This document shows positions 25,529 to 39,084 of a DNA stretch of 64,000 nt, piece after piece. Position 1 is the first letter of the stretch. Each line of letters opens with the position of its first letter. This DNA comes from Callorhinchus milii (taxonomy: Eukaryota), in contig NW_024704743.1 of the NCBI RefSeq assembly GCF_018977255.1, forward strand, positions 71,488,001 to 71,552,000. Reading direction: 5' to 3'. The notes below the pieces were generated by a model. The model saw nothing but the letters and a program-made list of their open reading frames with translations, had not been told where the DNA came from and searched no databases. Position numbers and translations under genes: made by a program.

Positions 25529-28045
25529 ACAACAACAACAACTTGGATTTATATAGTGCCCTCCACACTAGATGGAGTCTCAGAGCACTTCACAGTAACG
25601 GATCCAGGGGCCGAGCCAGGGGGAGGGGGAGGAAGGTGACCAAAGGCGCGGTCGAAAAGAAAGGTCTTCAGCAGAGACCTGAAAACAGGAAGAGAGGGTA
25701 CGAGGCGAAGGGAGTGAGGAAGGGAATTCCAGAGCCTCGGGGCATAGTGGCTGAAGACACGGCCGCCGAGGGTGGAGCGGAGGACTTGGGGGACAAGGAG
25801 GAGGCCAGACCCAGAGGAACAAAGGCAGCGGGTACTGTTTTGAGGAGAGAGGAGGTCAGAGAGGTAGGGGGGTGCAGAGGAGTGGAGGGATTTGAATACA
25901 AGGGTGAGGATCTTGAAATCGATCTTCTCTGGGATAGGCAGCCAGTGCAGTCTGGCAAGAATTGGGGTGATCGAGGAGCGGAGTTTGGTGTGGGTGAGAA
26001 TGCGGGCGGCAGAGTTTTGAATGATCAAGATTTTGTGGATGGTAGTGGATGGGAGATCGGCGAGGAGGGCATTTGAATAGTCCAGCTGAGAGGTGACAAA
26101 GGCATGGACCAGGGTTTCAGTGGCTTTTGGAGAGAGGTATTGGCGGAGACGGGCGATGCGTCGGAGTTGGAAGAAAGCGGTGCTGGTGAGGGACCGGATG
26201 TGGGAGAGGAAGGATAATTGAGGGTCGAACCTGACGCCTAGGTTGCATACGGGTTCGGAGAGTTTTAGGGGGAGGTCGGGTAGGTGGAGAAGGTGAGAGC
26301 CATGAGATTTTAGACGTTGACGAGAGCCAAAGTGTATGGCTTCCGTCTTGTCAACGTTCAGCTGAAGGAAATTTGCGCTCATCCAGCCCCTGAGATCTGA
26401 CAGGCAGGCTGACAGAACATCAGGGGACTGGGGGTCGCAAAGAGAGGTGGAAAAATAGAGTTAGATGTCGTCTGCTTATATGTGGAAATGTATGTGTCTG
26501 TGGATGACATCCCCCAGAGGGAGCATGTAGATCAGAAAGAGGAGGGGGCCAAGGATGGATCCTTGGGGAACCCCACAGGTAACCGGGTGAGAACGGGAGA
26601 AGAAGCCGTTTGTGCAAATGTACTGCTGGCAGTTTGTGAGGTAGGACTCAAACCAGGCGAGTACGGTCCCACTGAGGTGGATGACAGAAGAAAGGCGGTG
26701 GAGGAGGATGGCGTGATCGACTGTGTCGAACGCCGCGGAAAGGTCCAGGAGGACAAGGAGGCAGAGGGAGCCCTGGTCACAGATAGAGAGGATGTTGTTT
26801 GTGACTTTCACAAGTGCAGTCTCTGTACTATGGGGAGGGCGGAGACCAGACTGGAGCGGTTCGAAGAGGGAGTGGGAGGAGAGGTCTGCGCGGAGTTGAT
26901 TGGTAATAACGCGTTCTAGGACTTTTGCGAGGAAGGGCAGGTTAGAAATGGGGCAGTAGCGGCTGGGGTTTGAGGGATCAAGGGAGGGTTTTTTCAGAAG
27001 GGGGGTGATGACAGCAGTTTTGAGGGGGGCAGGGACTGATCTGGAGGAGAGGGACTGGTTGATGATGTCAGCCAGTAGTGGGCACAGAGGGAGCTGAGTG
27101 ACCAGTAAGTTGGTGGGGAGGGGGTCGAGGCAGCAGGTGGTGGGTTTCATGGAGGTGATGGTGGGTGAGAGGGAGGAGGGAGAGATGGGGAGGAAGGAAT
27201 GTAGGATGGGGGTGGTGGTAGGAGCAGCTGATGGGAGGGTGAGGGGGACAGAGAGGGCATTGTGGCGGGTGACAAGAGGCAGGTGGATGAGGCTGCCTGG
27301 CGGATGTTGTGAGTTTTAGATGAAAAGAAGTCCATGACCTCCTCGCACTTGGCATCTGATATGAAGATTGAGGAGGCCTGAGGGGGGTCACGGAGGAGGT
27401 AGTGGGTGGTGGAATAAAGGATTTTAGGATTGTGTTTAGCCTCCAAGATGGTGTTGGAGTAGAAGGCCGTATTTGCGTATGTCAAAGAATGGCGGTAGCT
27501 GTGGAGATGCTCGAGCCACAGTTGGCGGTGAACGGTCAGGCCAGTTTTCCATCATCTGCGCTCGAGCAGCAGGGTTTCGTTTTTTAGGTGGCAGAGATGG
27601 TTGTTGTACCAGGGGGATTGGTTGGGTTTGGAGATGGTCCTGGATTTCAGGGGGACGAGGGAGTCGAAGGTGGAGGAGAGGTGATCTTGGAGCAGCTGGA
27701 CGGCTGCTTTAGGATCTCCGCAGGTGGAAGGCCAGAGGGATAGGATGTTTGATGATGCGAGGGCCTTTGTGAGGGTCTCGGGGAGTAGCCTGTTCCAAGG
27801 GCGGTAGAGGATGGTTGAAGGCTTGGTGGAGGAGAGAGGGATGTGAGGGAAGGAGATGAGGAAGTGGTCCGAGATTGCCTTGTCCACTATGCTAAGGTCG
27901 GAAATATCAAGGCTGTGGGTGATAATGAGGTCAAGTGCATGATCACTGTTGTGAGTGGGTGAATTTATATGAAGGGTGAGGTTTAGGGAGGAGAGGAGGG
28001 CAATGAAGTTGGCAGAAGTAGTGCAAGGGGAGTTTAGGTGGAGTT
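25529..28045 (-). mobile_element. L2-clade LINE, ~2.5 kb, 5'-truncated and frameshifted
   Basis: Endonuclease remnant (PTHNSDHALDLIIT...SDHFLI), RT motifs (PISNLPFLAKVLE, HSTETAL, LLDLSAAFDTVDH, GVPQGSILGPLLF, FLQLNVDKTE, LHWLP), and (GTT)n tail at 25529-25543. Confidence 0.95.
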
Positions 28046-28822
28046 TTATATATACTGTATATATTACTTTTATATATACTGTATTATTCATTTATATAGT
28101 GCCTTTCACTTCAGGAAGACTGAAAATATCCTTTGCCTCTTACAGTGCTCACAAAGCAAACTCTTAAATACATTTTAGATGGTTTGTCAGAGTCTCAAAA
28201 GTAACATTAGTAATAGACAATTTGATTTCTAAGATTTACATTCTTTGGCTAAATTAATTTGAAGAAATATAACCATATTAATTCCTAAGGAAATGGAAGA
28301 AAAGAACAAAATAGAGAAAACTGTTTTAATTTAAACATCTAATATCGGTTACAATGAATGACTGAGCTCCATTTGACAATCCCCATGGTTTTTATTATAG
28401 TGCAGAAATCAGCCCAAACATCATTAGGTCCTAAATAAAACTAACTTGAAAATGGAAGGGTTTACTTATATTTGTTAAATACCCGATGTTGTTAAACAAC
28501 TGAAAACAAAAGTCTACTTAATGAGATTTGCACTAGATTAATTTGCTCTTTGGAAACAAACTGGCTCTCTTGTGTAGTTGCAGGGTTTTTTTTCAGCCGG
28601 GTGTCTGACACGTGGGGAAACCTATCACTATGTTTATGATTATCTACACCAGCTGAGATTGTACATATATATGCCACCTACACATGGAAATTTCCCTATG
28701 TCTGGGACTGGTGTGTGCACTCTATCCCAGTGGGAGCCGCATGCTTACCTAATACCAGAAAATGGAACAGTGATATTTTGACAAGAGAACACTTCCAAAG
28801 AATGTAAAATAAGTTTTAAAAA

Positions 28823-29401
28823 ATTTTTTTTTTGGTTAACTGGGTGTCTGACACATGTGGAAACCCATCACCATGCTTAAGAGTATCCAAACCAAGTTGA
28901 GATGTCCATGCATCCTACCTACACATGTAAATCCCAGAGATAGATTGTTGGAATGAAATGGAGGGATGCATCCTGCTTACTTAATTCCGGAAAGTATTAG
29001 GTGCAGATTGGCAAGAGCCAAGGCCTTGGGACCCTAGAGTGTGCTTTGGGGTACTGCTGAAGTCTAACCAGCTAAAACCACATAGTTTGCCATTAATATT
29101 GCTGTCTGGCAAGCTTTCCTGCTGCTTGTCCAGCTAGGACCACCCTACCTGTTCGGGCTTTGGCTTGCAGGGTTAACAGGAGCTGAGTGGGATGACTTCT
29201 TGCCCCCAGTGATTGATCTGCCCTTCCAGGTCCTGCCAATAAGCCAGGCTGGCTGTGTTGTCATCAGCGGTGCCCCGTAGTACTGTGGCCTCGCCTGGTT
29301 CAGTAACTGGGCTACCGAGACCGCCACAGAGGGCTGGTTCGATTCCAACATTCCATTGCCAGGCATGTCACCTTGGAGCCAGTTCAGTTCTAAGGAGACC
29401 C
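28823..29401 (-). repeat. Unclassified ~550-bp poly(A)-tailed interspersed repeat
   Basis: Colinear with 59285-59838. Partial copies lie at ~28583-28790 and ~50491-50985. Confidence 0.75.
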
Positions 29402-29799
29402 CACTTAAAGTTTTAAGAACATGATGAGCATTGCTAAAATTAATTTGGTTCAAATACAAAGGGACAAAAATAAGGAGTAGGAAGCAAAGGCAGACAGAAC
29501 ACACAACAGGTAATAAACCTGTTCATTGTGCTAATGGAGAAGGGACTGCAATAAAGATAGACAGATGGGGTTTAGAATTACAATGAAACAGGCTTGCTTA
29601 CCCTAATGCCTTTTTTCTTAAAAAGTCTCGGGGATGATTCTCTAGCTGTCGATAAATTCACTTTTATTGTGTGAGAACATGATATTCTCCTCCATTTCTT
29701 AAGTATAGAGATCTTGGCTATGTATTTTTCTTATGTGGATTGGAAAATTACTTTTTCCTCTCAGTATTTTAATAATCAAGATCATGATTCCTTGTGAGG

Positions 29800-30210
29800 C
29801 AGTATAAATTTACAAGATGTTACCAGGGCTCAGTGGATACAACAATCAAGAAAGATCGTACAGGTTGGAGCTTCTCTCTCTGGAGGTGAGACAACCTGGT
29901 AGAGGTGATTATAATTATGAAAAGATTCAGTAATGTGAACATTAATTGGTTGTTACTACTTGGTGATGAGTCCTAATGTGAAGGGGCATAAATATACAAT
30001 AGCCAGCAGCAGATCAAAAAGGAAGTTCTGAAGGAACTTCTTTATGCAGAGAATGTACAACTCACTGTCGGAAACTGGTTGAAGCAAAAAGCATCAACGT
30101 ATTTAAACTTGATGCATACATAAGGCCGAAGGGAATAAGAGGGGATTAGAAGGGGTGCAGGCTCATGCAGTTTATAAGCTAGTTGTACCAAAAGCCTGTT
30201 TCCGTATTGT
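29800..30210 (+). mobile_element. Degenerate CR1 3' fragment
   Basis: TTTACAAGATGTTACCAGGG...GGGCATAAATATA...TTCTTTATGCAGAG pattern as in the other CR1 3' ends. Confidence 0.65.
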
Positions 30211-30734
30211 AATGTTCAATGTAATTCGTTTCAACCTTCTGACCTCTGTTCTCCAAAGAAAACAATTCCACTCTGAGACTTTCATCCGAGATCTCATTGG
30301 TGATCTAGACAAGTTTAATTCTAGTTTTGATCTATTGTCAAATGCAGTAAAGCCCCATTATAACATGGGTCATCAGATCACTATTGACGTCACTTCTTAT
30401 GTGCTGCTTTGTGAATGCAGAGGCACTGACCGGGAATTACATGGATCCCAAATACTGGATAATGGGATTCTTTTATTCTAATTTTGGTTCAGTTGGTAGT
30501 ACTCTTGCCTCTGGGAAGAAGACTGTGTGTTCAAACTCCGTGTTTAGCATTATCGTCCACGCTTGACAGACTGAGAGCTATACTGTCAGAGGCTTTGCCC
30601 TTTGGATGAGATTTCAAACAGTGGTTACACATATTCAGGTGAATGCTAAAGATTGTATGACACTAATCAAAAAGACAATCCTCCAACTGCATACAGTTCT
30701 CATCATTGCGACATAAGGGGGTTATTCAGGCCCT

Positions 30735-31170
30735 AGAGGCGGTACAGAGGAGAGCAACGAGGATGATGCTCAGTCTTAAGAGGAATTAGCTATGAACAAT
30801 GACTAGACAAGCTCGAGCTCTTCAGTCTTGAAAGAAAATGACTCAGAAGCAACTTCATAGAGATGTATAAAATTTTACATGGGATTCAAAAAGTAAACCC
30901 AAATCATTACTTTAGAATGTACCAAGACAGTAGAACAAGAAGATATAGGTTTGGAGTTGTACAGGGTGATTTCAGAACAGACACCAGGGAGTTTTTTTTT
31001 GTGTAGAGGCTAATCAACAACTGGAACAGATTGCCAGGAAAGGTGGTAGGGGCCAGAGCACCAGACTCATTTAAGAAGTTGCTTGATGCAGGGAATGGTG
31101 GGGTCGGTGTTCTGGGGGATAAGATCAGATGGACTGAAGGGCCTTCTTCACCCAGACAAATCTTGTGATC
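30735..31170 (+). mobile_element. CR1 3' fragment
   Basis: LEAVQRRATRM...LELFSLE-type coding remnant and 3' UTR. Confidence 0.75.
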
Positions 31171-32334
31171 TTGTGAGATAACTTGATCATTCACTTCTTG
31201 ACTTTGCCTTGTGCAAAATGGCTATTGTATCTGCCTACAAAGAAAAGCTACAGCATTTACCATTAATTACCCGCGATGCACTTCAATTTGATTAGGTGCT
31301 AAAAAAAATCCAAATCTTTACTATTCTAAAATTTAAATGATATTCCAAAGTTTCCATAGAAAATCTTTTATAACCAGCAGGCTGGAGCAAATTGGCAGGC
31401 ATGTCATCAAGTCAGCTTCTTCACGGCCCGGCAAACCACATGTCGTGTGAGAGATGTTGCTAGGGCGCTATCCCTACTGAAATCAAATAGGGCTGTTCTA
31501 AACATTGTGTATTCACCGAAGGCAGCTGGCAAACTGACACTGAGCTTGTTAGAGAAGGCTTTGATTGACTTGCAGAAAATAAATGCAAGGGTAATGAGAT
31601 GAATATACTGCTGAAAAGATTCATCTGAAATACTGCAGAGATACATTTCCAATATGTCAAAATATTGTATGTCCCAAAGTCTAGTTATTGCCAAGTAATA
31701 TTATAGATACAGTAAATATGAAATGACAATATCGGGTTCAAATTATTTTATACATGTGTCAACACAAGTGCAAGTGAATGGATTATGGTGCAGCAATTCT
31801 TAGTTCCTCAAAGTAAAATTAATATTCATGTTTTATTCCTCATTGTATTATGGAACTCAGCAGGGACATGCTAAATAAAATAAAATAGATTCTCACCTGC
31901 TTTAACACTGATAATTGCTACAGAACCCAGCACTGTTTAGCAGACGTGCTCCATAGAACACCTTTGCCCGACATCAGCAGAGCATGGTCACACTGCAAAT
32001 ACTGTGCTAAAATATACAACTCTCTGGCCTCTGTGGGGTATGACCTCCACAAAGTGGGATGTATGTTGAATGCAAGCATGATTTTGAAAACTACCACTGC
32101 AGAATAACTTTGAAGTATTTTGCAGGAAGGAACTTGACCCTGCACTAATGGGCCCTTTAAACAGGCAATTTTTTCTATTCAACTAAATTGACATGAAGCT
32201 TAGAAAAGAACATTTCTAGAAGAGTGTTTGGAGAGTATGTGTGGCACAGAATATAGCTAAAAATGCTGGTGAAAGGTGACCCCCAAAGTAATAGGCAAGC
32301 TTGCAATTCATAGGATCCCCGATAAAGGATAAAT

Positions 32335-32586
32335 TTCAAAACGCAAAATACCACAGATGTTGGAAATCTGAAACAAAAACAGAAGTCGCTGGGAACACTC
32401 AGCAGGTCAGGCAGCATCTATGGAGAAAGGAAAATGAATCAACGTTTCGGGTCCACAACCCTTCGCCAGCACTGGCGACAGTTCTGTGGTCATGGACGGT
32501 CATGGACCCAAAACGTTGATTCACTTTCTTTTCTCCATAGATTCTGCCTGATCTGCTGACTGTTCCCAGCGACTTCTGTTTTTGTT
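32335..32586. repeat. Penelope-type palindromic (foldback) element
   Basis: About 84-bp inverted arms at 32372-32455 and 32503-32586, containing GACCCGAAACGTTGA. Single-arm relatives lie at 48936-49010 and ~935-960. Confidence 0.75.
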
Positions 32587-32599
32587 AAAGGATAGATTT

Positions 32600-33192
32600 C
32601 AGTTGGGTTCATACACACATTCATTACATCGAGGCTTGATTATGCAAACTACTTGCTTGTCGGCCTCCCCAACTCCTCCCTCCATAGGATGCAGATCATC
32701 CAGAAATCTGCAGCCTGTGTCCTCTCCCACACCAGGCTCCATGACCCTATCACCTCCATCCTCGCCCAATTCTACTGGTTTCCCATCACAACGAGGATAC
32801 AGTTCAAGATCCTGGTCCTCACCTTGAAAGTCCTCCATGGTCTTGCTCCCCCTACCTCTGTGAACTCCTAACGCCCTACTATGCTGCCCGTTCCCTATGC
32901 TCAGCGGGCTCCAGCCTGCTTCACGTTGCCTGCCCCACCAATGGCAGGTGGGCCTTCTGCCACTCTGTCCCCACCCTCTGGAACTCCCTCCCGCAGCCCC
33001 TCCGCCTCGCCCCCTCTTTTGCCTCCTTCAAGACCCCCTTTTTCAACCGTGCTTTCGATCACCCTGCTTCCTTCCCTGCCTTCCACCCTCCCCAATCCCG
33101 ACCCCCAGCTCGGGTCCAAAACTCTGACTGTCCAGCACCTTGGGACATCCTCCCGACATGAAAGAAGCTATATCAAATGTAATTTTGTTGTT
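32600..33192 (+). mobile_element. L2 LINE 3' fragment
   Basis: SRLDYAN.LL, MQIIQKSAA, ITSILAQFYWFPI..RIQFKIL, tail ATCAAATGTAATTTTGTTGTT. Confidence 0.88.
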
Positions 33193-33631
33193 TTTTGACT
33201 TCATGAATATTAAATTAATATCAAATACTTTTTTTTTACTTTTTCTGTTTTTCTATTTTCTCCCTTCAATTTGTTTGGTTATATATTTACATTCCTTTAT
33301 TTCATATTATTTCCATTCAGTTCCCACTTTTTGTGCAATAGCAGTGAATACAGCTCCTCATTATAATGAGGAGCTCAGCCCAGAGAGATAATGTATGTTT
33401 CCATCAATCACAGCTCTACGCTGCTATGCACTCCTCAAACTAACACACAGTTATCTAAAGCTTTGTCCTGGACATATTATTACAAGATGCAACAAAGGGC
33501 TAATCAGAACCAGGCTCACCAGCAAGTACCTGCATTATAATTTAGTCACTCAGAGTCAAAAGAGAATTGTTGACATTTGTTTCATGCTGTAAGTACGACA
33601 CTGGTTGTTGGGAGTTTGGGAAAATAATTAC

Positions 33632-33728
33632 CAGACATCCTCTGCATCTTCATCACACTCTGCCCCATATTTGCATTTTCCACACTTTGCGTGTTTTGGG
33701 CGCCGCTCTGTTCCAGACCCTTCATATT
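33632..33728 (-). CDS. TMEFF1: TMEFF1 exon (start of second follistatin domain)
   Basis: (E)YEGSGTERRPKHAKCGKCKYGAECDEDAEDV(W). AG at 33730-33729, GT at 33631. 97 nt, phase 1/2. Confidence 0.94.
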
Positions 33729-35112
33729 CTACACGGAGATAAGAGAGGAAGCAGGTGAACCCAACGAAACTCCAGAAAGGCATTAAGAAAGATATTAATG
33801 TAGAAACAAGCTCTACATTTCTGTGTTACATACATTTTTACTTAAGAAGACGGAAGGCCATTGTTCAGTCACATTCTGACATCATATTACTTTGTCTGTG
33901 CACCAGACAAGTATAGAAGGTGCACTCTATTGTAAGGGAGTGATATGTGATTATGTGTATGTAATATAATATGCTAAAGTTATTATAGATGTTTCAAATC
34001 TAAACAGGTACTGCAGTGGGAGGACTGCTCGTTTAATGTTGTGTTATCTAACCTGTGGGGCTGGAAGCTGTTACCTCTTTTGTTTAATGTTCTATTCCTG
34101 CTGATCTATATTCAATGACTTGGGATGCATATTATTATATATTAGCAATAATGAATGGAGATAAAATGCAGGACAAAATAATCACATATGAGAAATAGTT
34201 TTCTTATCCTCACTGTAGCTAGACAAATGCCATGCAGCCACACAGTAAGTTAAACTGAGACAAACCTGGACAAACACCACCATATCTCATTCACTATTGT
34301 CGACACTGTTCACCCGAAAAATCTGAGCTTTGCAAATAAAGCCAAATGAAAAGATCTGGGTCATAAAGGTTTATAATCACAGCTCCTCATTATTCACTTT
34401 TCCTATAACAAGGTGAACGGACATTGCAATAATCTAATCGATATAGCAGTTCTTTCTATTCCCTGCATCTACAACATGTATGTCTGTTTATCATCCTGTA
34501 TCTCAGTCTCTCATACAGAATCCCATTGTTTGGAGAGATAAATTTAATTTGCAATATTGCAGCTGCTTGTTCTGGTGGATTATTGTAAAATGCTAATGAG
34601 TTTGCTTGGTGTAATCTGCAGATGGAGATACTGCACACAGTAAAAGATAGAAGGTTGGCTGGAATGAGTTATTTCATCCACTTCACTACAGCAACATACT
34701 AGAAGATAGATAGTGTTCAGTTTGATCATTATTGCTGATGTAGTGGTTCTATTGTGTGCATTGTATCTCAATCAATAATCCTGCCATTTCAATGCCAAAG
34801 CTGTTATTACGTTACTCTTAGGGACAACATACTCAACATGAAAGAGAACCATTTAAAAGCAGCTAAAGTCAGTTTTCATTTGTAATTATTAACTCAGGCC
34901 AGCACTTTCACTGTTTGCTGATTCTGCCTGTTGTGTGCACTTTTGCTAAACCAGATCATTTTATAGCGCACAATTCCTGATACAATGCAAACTAGAGACA
35001 ATATGCAAGCTACATGCTCAGGGTATCAACACTGTTCACTTGAATGAACAGTGTTGAAATACTGAACCATTGCTCATGACCTCTGTTCATGGGCACAGGA
35101 GCTCAGTTTCAC

Positions 35113-37190
35113 TACAACAACAACAGCAAGACTACATTTGTATAGAGCCCTTCATGTCGGGAGGATGTCCCAAGGCGCTGGACAGTGTACAGCATTTCAG
35201 ACCTGAGCTGGGGTCGGGGGGGAGAAGGGAGGGGAAGGGGGGTGGCCGATGGCATGGTTGAAGAGGAGGGTCTTGAGGCGGGACGTGAAGGAGGCTAAGG
35301 AGGGGGCGAGGCGGAGTGACTGGGGGATGGAATTCCAGAGGTTGGGGGCAGAGTGGCTGAAGGCTCTCCCACCAATGGTGGGGTGGGTGGGTCGGGGGAC
35401 ATGGAGCAGGCTGGGGCCGGCTGAGTGGAGTGAGCGGGTGGGTTGGTAGGGGGTTAGGGTAGGGTGGGGCGAGGCCATGGAGGGCTTTGTAGGTGTGGAC
35501 CAGGATTTTGAACTGGATCCTCTGAAGGATAGGGAGCCAATGGAGTCAGGTGAGAATGGGGGAGATGGGTTCACAGAGTTTGGTGCGGGAGAGGACACGG
35601 GCTGCAGAGTTCTGGATTATCTGCAGCTTGTGGAGGGAGGAGTTGGGAAGGCCGACAAGCAGGGCATTTGCATAGTCGAGCCTGGAGGTGATGAAGGCAT
35701 GAACAAGAGTTTCAGCGGCCTGAGGGGTGAGTAGTGGCGGAGTCGGGCGATGTTACAAAAGTGAGGGAAGGCAGAGCAGGTCATGGCTTGGATGTGGGTA
35801 AGAAAAGACAGTTGACGGTCGAACAAGACACCTCGGTTCCTGACTGGCGGTGAGTTGAAGAGTGCAACCATGGAGGTTGATGTTGCCAGAGCCTGAGGTG
35901 CTGAGGCGCTGGCGCGAGCCAATCAGGAGAGCCTCAATCTTGTTCACATTCAACTAGGAAACTTGCCTTCATCCAGGACTTGGATGTCCGACAGGCAGTC
36001 TGTCAGGACAGCAGTGGTCCTGGAGTTGAGGGTGGAGGCAGAAAGATAGTTGGGTGTCATCCACATACATGTGGAAGTTGACCCCATGTCTGCAGATGAC
36101 GTCACCAATGGAGACAACTTATGTAGAGTCCTTTAGGCGGGGAACGTCTCAGAGCGTTTAACAGTGGTGGAGCCTGACTCTGAGCCGGGGTGAGGTGGGG
36201 GTGGTAGTTGAATGTAAGCAAGGTTGAAGAGGAAGGTTTTCAGGCCGGACTTGAAAAAGGGGAGAGAGGGGGCAAGGCGGAGGGATTGAGTGGAAGTTTA
36301 CCCCCTGTCTGCGAATGACATCACCCAGGGGGAACCATATAGCTAAAGATGGAGCCCTGGGGTATCCCATAGGTGACCGGGTGGGGACGGGAGAAGAAAC
36401 CATTTGCCAAGATGAACTGAAGGTGGTTGGTTAAGTAGGATTCGAATCATGCGATTGCGGTCACACTAAGGTAGATGAGGAGAGGGGGTGAGGAAGATGG
36501 CGTGGTTGACTGTGTCGGATGCAGCAGAGAGATCCAGAAGGATGAGAAGGCAGAAGGAGCCTGGCGACAGATAGAAAAGGACGTTGTTTGTGACTTTGAC
36601 AAGCACTGTTTCTGTGCTGTGGGCAGGGCGAAAACCAGACTGCAGGGGCTTGAGGAGGGAGTAGAGGAAGAGATGTGACCGAAGTTGACCTGCAATAATG
36701 CATTCCAAGACTTTGGCAAGGAAGGGTAGGTTGGAAATGGGACAGTAGTGTGAGAGATTAGAGGGTTCAAGGGTGGGTTTTTGAGGCGGGTTTTGATAAC
36801 AGTGGTTTTCAGGGGCAGTGGAACGGAGCCTGACGAGAGAGACTGGTTGACTGTGTCAGCCAGCAGGGGGGAGAGGAGGAGGAGTTGAGTGACCAGCAGT
36901 TGGGTAGGGAGGGGGTCGAGGCAGCAGGTGGTGAACTTCATCCAGGTGATTGTAGTTGAGAGGGAGGAGGGAGAAATGGGGACAAAGGAATGTAAGGAGC
37001 AGGGAGTGGCAGGAGATGAGGCAGAGGGAGAAGGCGGTGTGGATGGTCTGGGTGGGGTGGAAGGGGACATAGTGGGGGAGGACATTGCAGCCAAGCGGAT
37101 GTTTTCAATCTTCTAATGAAGAAGTCTAGGACCTCTTCTCACTTTGAGTTTTGATGTGAGGACAGAGGGGGCTTGAGGAGATGATGGATG
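35113..37190 (-). mobile_element. Composite L2 LINE fragments
   Basis: Tail at 35113. RT motifs (CCLDPLPT, QSGFRPAHSTET, LLDLSAA). A second L2 3' end is embedded at ~36113-36290. Confidence 0.9.
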
Positions 37191-38321
37191 ATGGAAATCT
37201 ACAGCTGATGCAAGGCTGATTTTGTTAATTTTATTCACAACATTGATTTCAAGCGATTTATGATCTTCACTACTTCAGATTTCTATTTTCAACCCACTCT
37301 ACCACTGCAGAATTCAGGTCATTAGATATAAGTCCTGCAACAAGACTAAATACCGTCCATGCCATGAATCAATTGGCAAAAGACAGACCTGAGTATGGTC
37401 AAGAATCTCAATAGTTGAAGGACTAAGAGAGGAACTATCAAAAGTAAGAGGTAGTAGTAGTTCCATGGACTTGACAGAGAGATATGAAGAAACTAACTTT
37501 CATAGAGTTGAAAGAAACAGATTTCCTTAAGGAGCTGTTGTGAAAATAATCTCTACAAAGTGTATGGATGGCTCAATGACCCTGCTCATCCTTTTTCACC
37601 CCTCCAGTGCATTTGACAATGTTGACCATTAACGTCTCTTCCACCTCTTTTACCATGATCTACTTCCATGATTGTTCTTTAGTTCCATTCCTGTCACAAT
37701 ATCTCCACCAATGACCCACATGGGGTCATCTCTAGAGATATATTCTTAGTCCTTTCCTGTTCCTTACCTGTATGCTGCCCTAAGTTTGATATCTGCAAGT
37801 ATAGGGTTAGTTTCCATATGTACCTTGTAGATTGCCAATTCTACCTCTCAGCTCCTTCCCTCGATTCCCGTTGCTGTTCTAATTGTCTGCTTAAATGTCA
37901 TCAAGTCCATAACCTGAGCCAAAGCTTTCTGGAGTGGAATGTTGAGATTTTTTTTGGTTCTCCCCAGTAGTGTGCCTACAACATAATTGATCCAGGCAAT
38001 CTGCTTATTACAACATAAAATCAGGAATGTTATATTCACGGACATGTGTTCCAAAAAGAACCTGACCTACACTCCACTGGTCAATTCAAATCTCTAGGTC
38101 TATCACTTAAACAGCTCAGAAATTGATCAGATTTTTGAAAATAAAATTAGTGTGCTCAAATATTTTTTCTAATTTTTGTCCCTTTGCACATACTTCCCTG
38201 TTCCTGGTCTACCCTCCTCTTGCTAGGATACAGATCGATAGAGACTGGTTGCCCCCTGGTTCCCTGCCCAAGGGCCCATTGTTAATGTGTGAGCCTTGCC
38301 AGTGAGTGATGGCAAATCACT

Positions 38322-38945
38322 CAACAACAACTTGCATTTATATAATGCCCTTCATGCAGGGACAAGGCGGAGGGATTGAGGGAGAGAGTTCCAGAGTTTC
38401 GGGGCATAGTGGCTGAAGGCACAGCAACCGATGGTGGAGCGGAGGCGACAAGGGACAAACAGGAGGCCGGAGCCGGCCGAGCAGAGGCAGCGGGTTGTGG
38501 TGTGGGGTGTGAGCAAGTCAGATAGGTAGGGAGGTGTGAGGGCAAGAAGGGATTTGAAAACAAGCGAGAGGATCTTGAAATTGATCCATTCGGTATGTAG
38601 TTTTGTGTGGGTGAGTATCCAGGTGGCGGAGGTTGAATTAGTTGAATACAATGTATGGTGGAACTGGGAAGACCAGTGAGGAGGGCATTAGAATAGTCCA
38701 GCCGGAAGTGACGAATGCATGAATGAGGTTCCGGCTGCGTTGGTTGTGAAGTACGGACAGAGGCGGGCAATGTGATGTCTGTGGAAAAAAGTAGGCCTCT
38801 TCAGGGAACAGATGTGGGGATCAAACCAGACGACTAAGTTGCGCACAGGTTCTGTGAGTCTGTCTGAACCCAGAGAGTTTGAGGAGCTCAGACCCAGAAG
38901 AGAAGACATTGACGGGAGCCAAAGAGTATGACTTCTGTCTTCGAT
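38322..38945 (-). mobile_element. L2 LINE 3' fragment
   Basis: CAACAACAACTTGCATTTATAT tail; RLDYSNALL, INFKIL, AFSHYAPKLWNSLP. Confidence 0.88.
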
Positions 38946-39084
38946 GTAGATGCCATCATACCGACACGCACCTGCATAACTATTAGAGGGTCCTGTGGAG
39001 GGACCAGGAGCAAGAACTCTGACTAGTTTTCCTATCCCTGGGAATGCTAGTCACAATTTATCCCCCTCCCACCTCTTATAATAT

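Noticed and set aside
25549..27150. Intact reverse-transcriptase genes (277 aa and 224 aa ORFs)
   Set aside because: These are frameshifted pieces of one truncated L2, with the YADD region disrupted.
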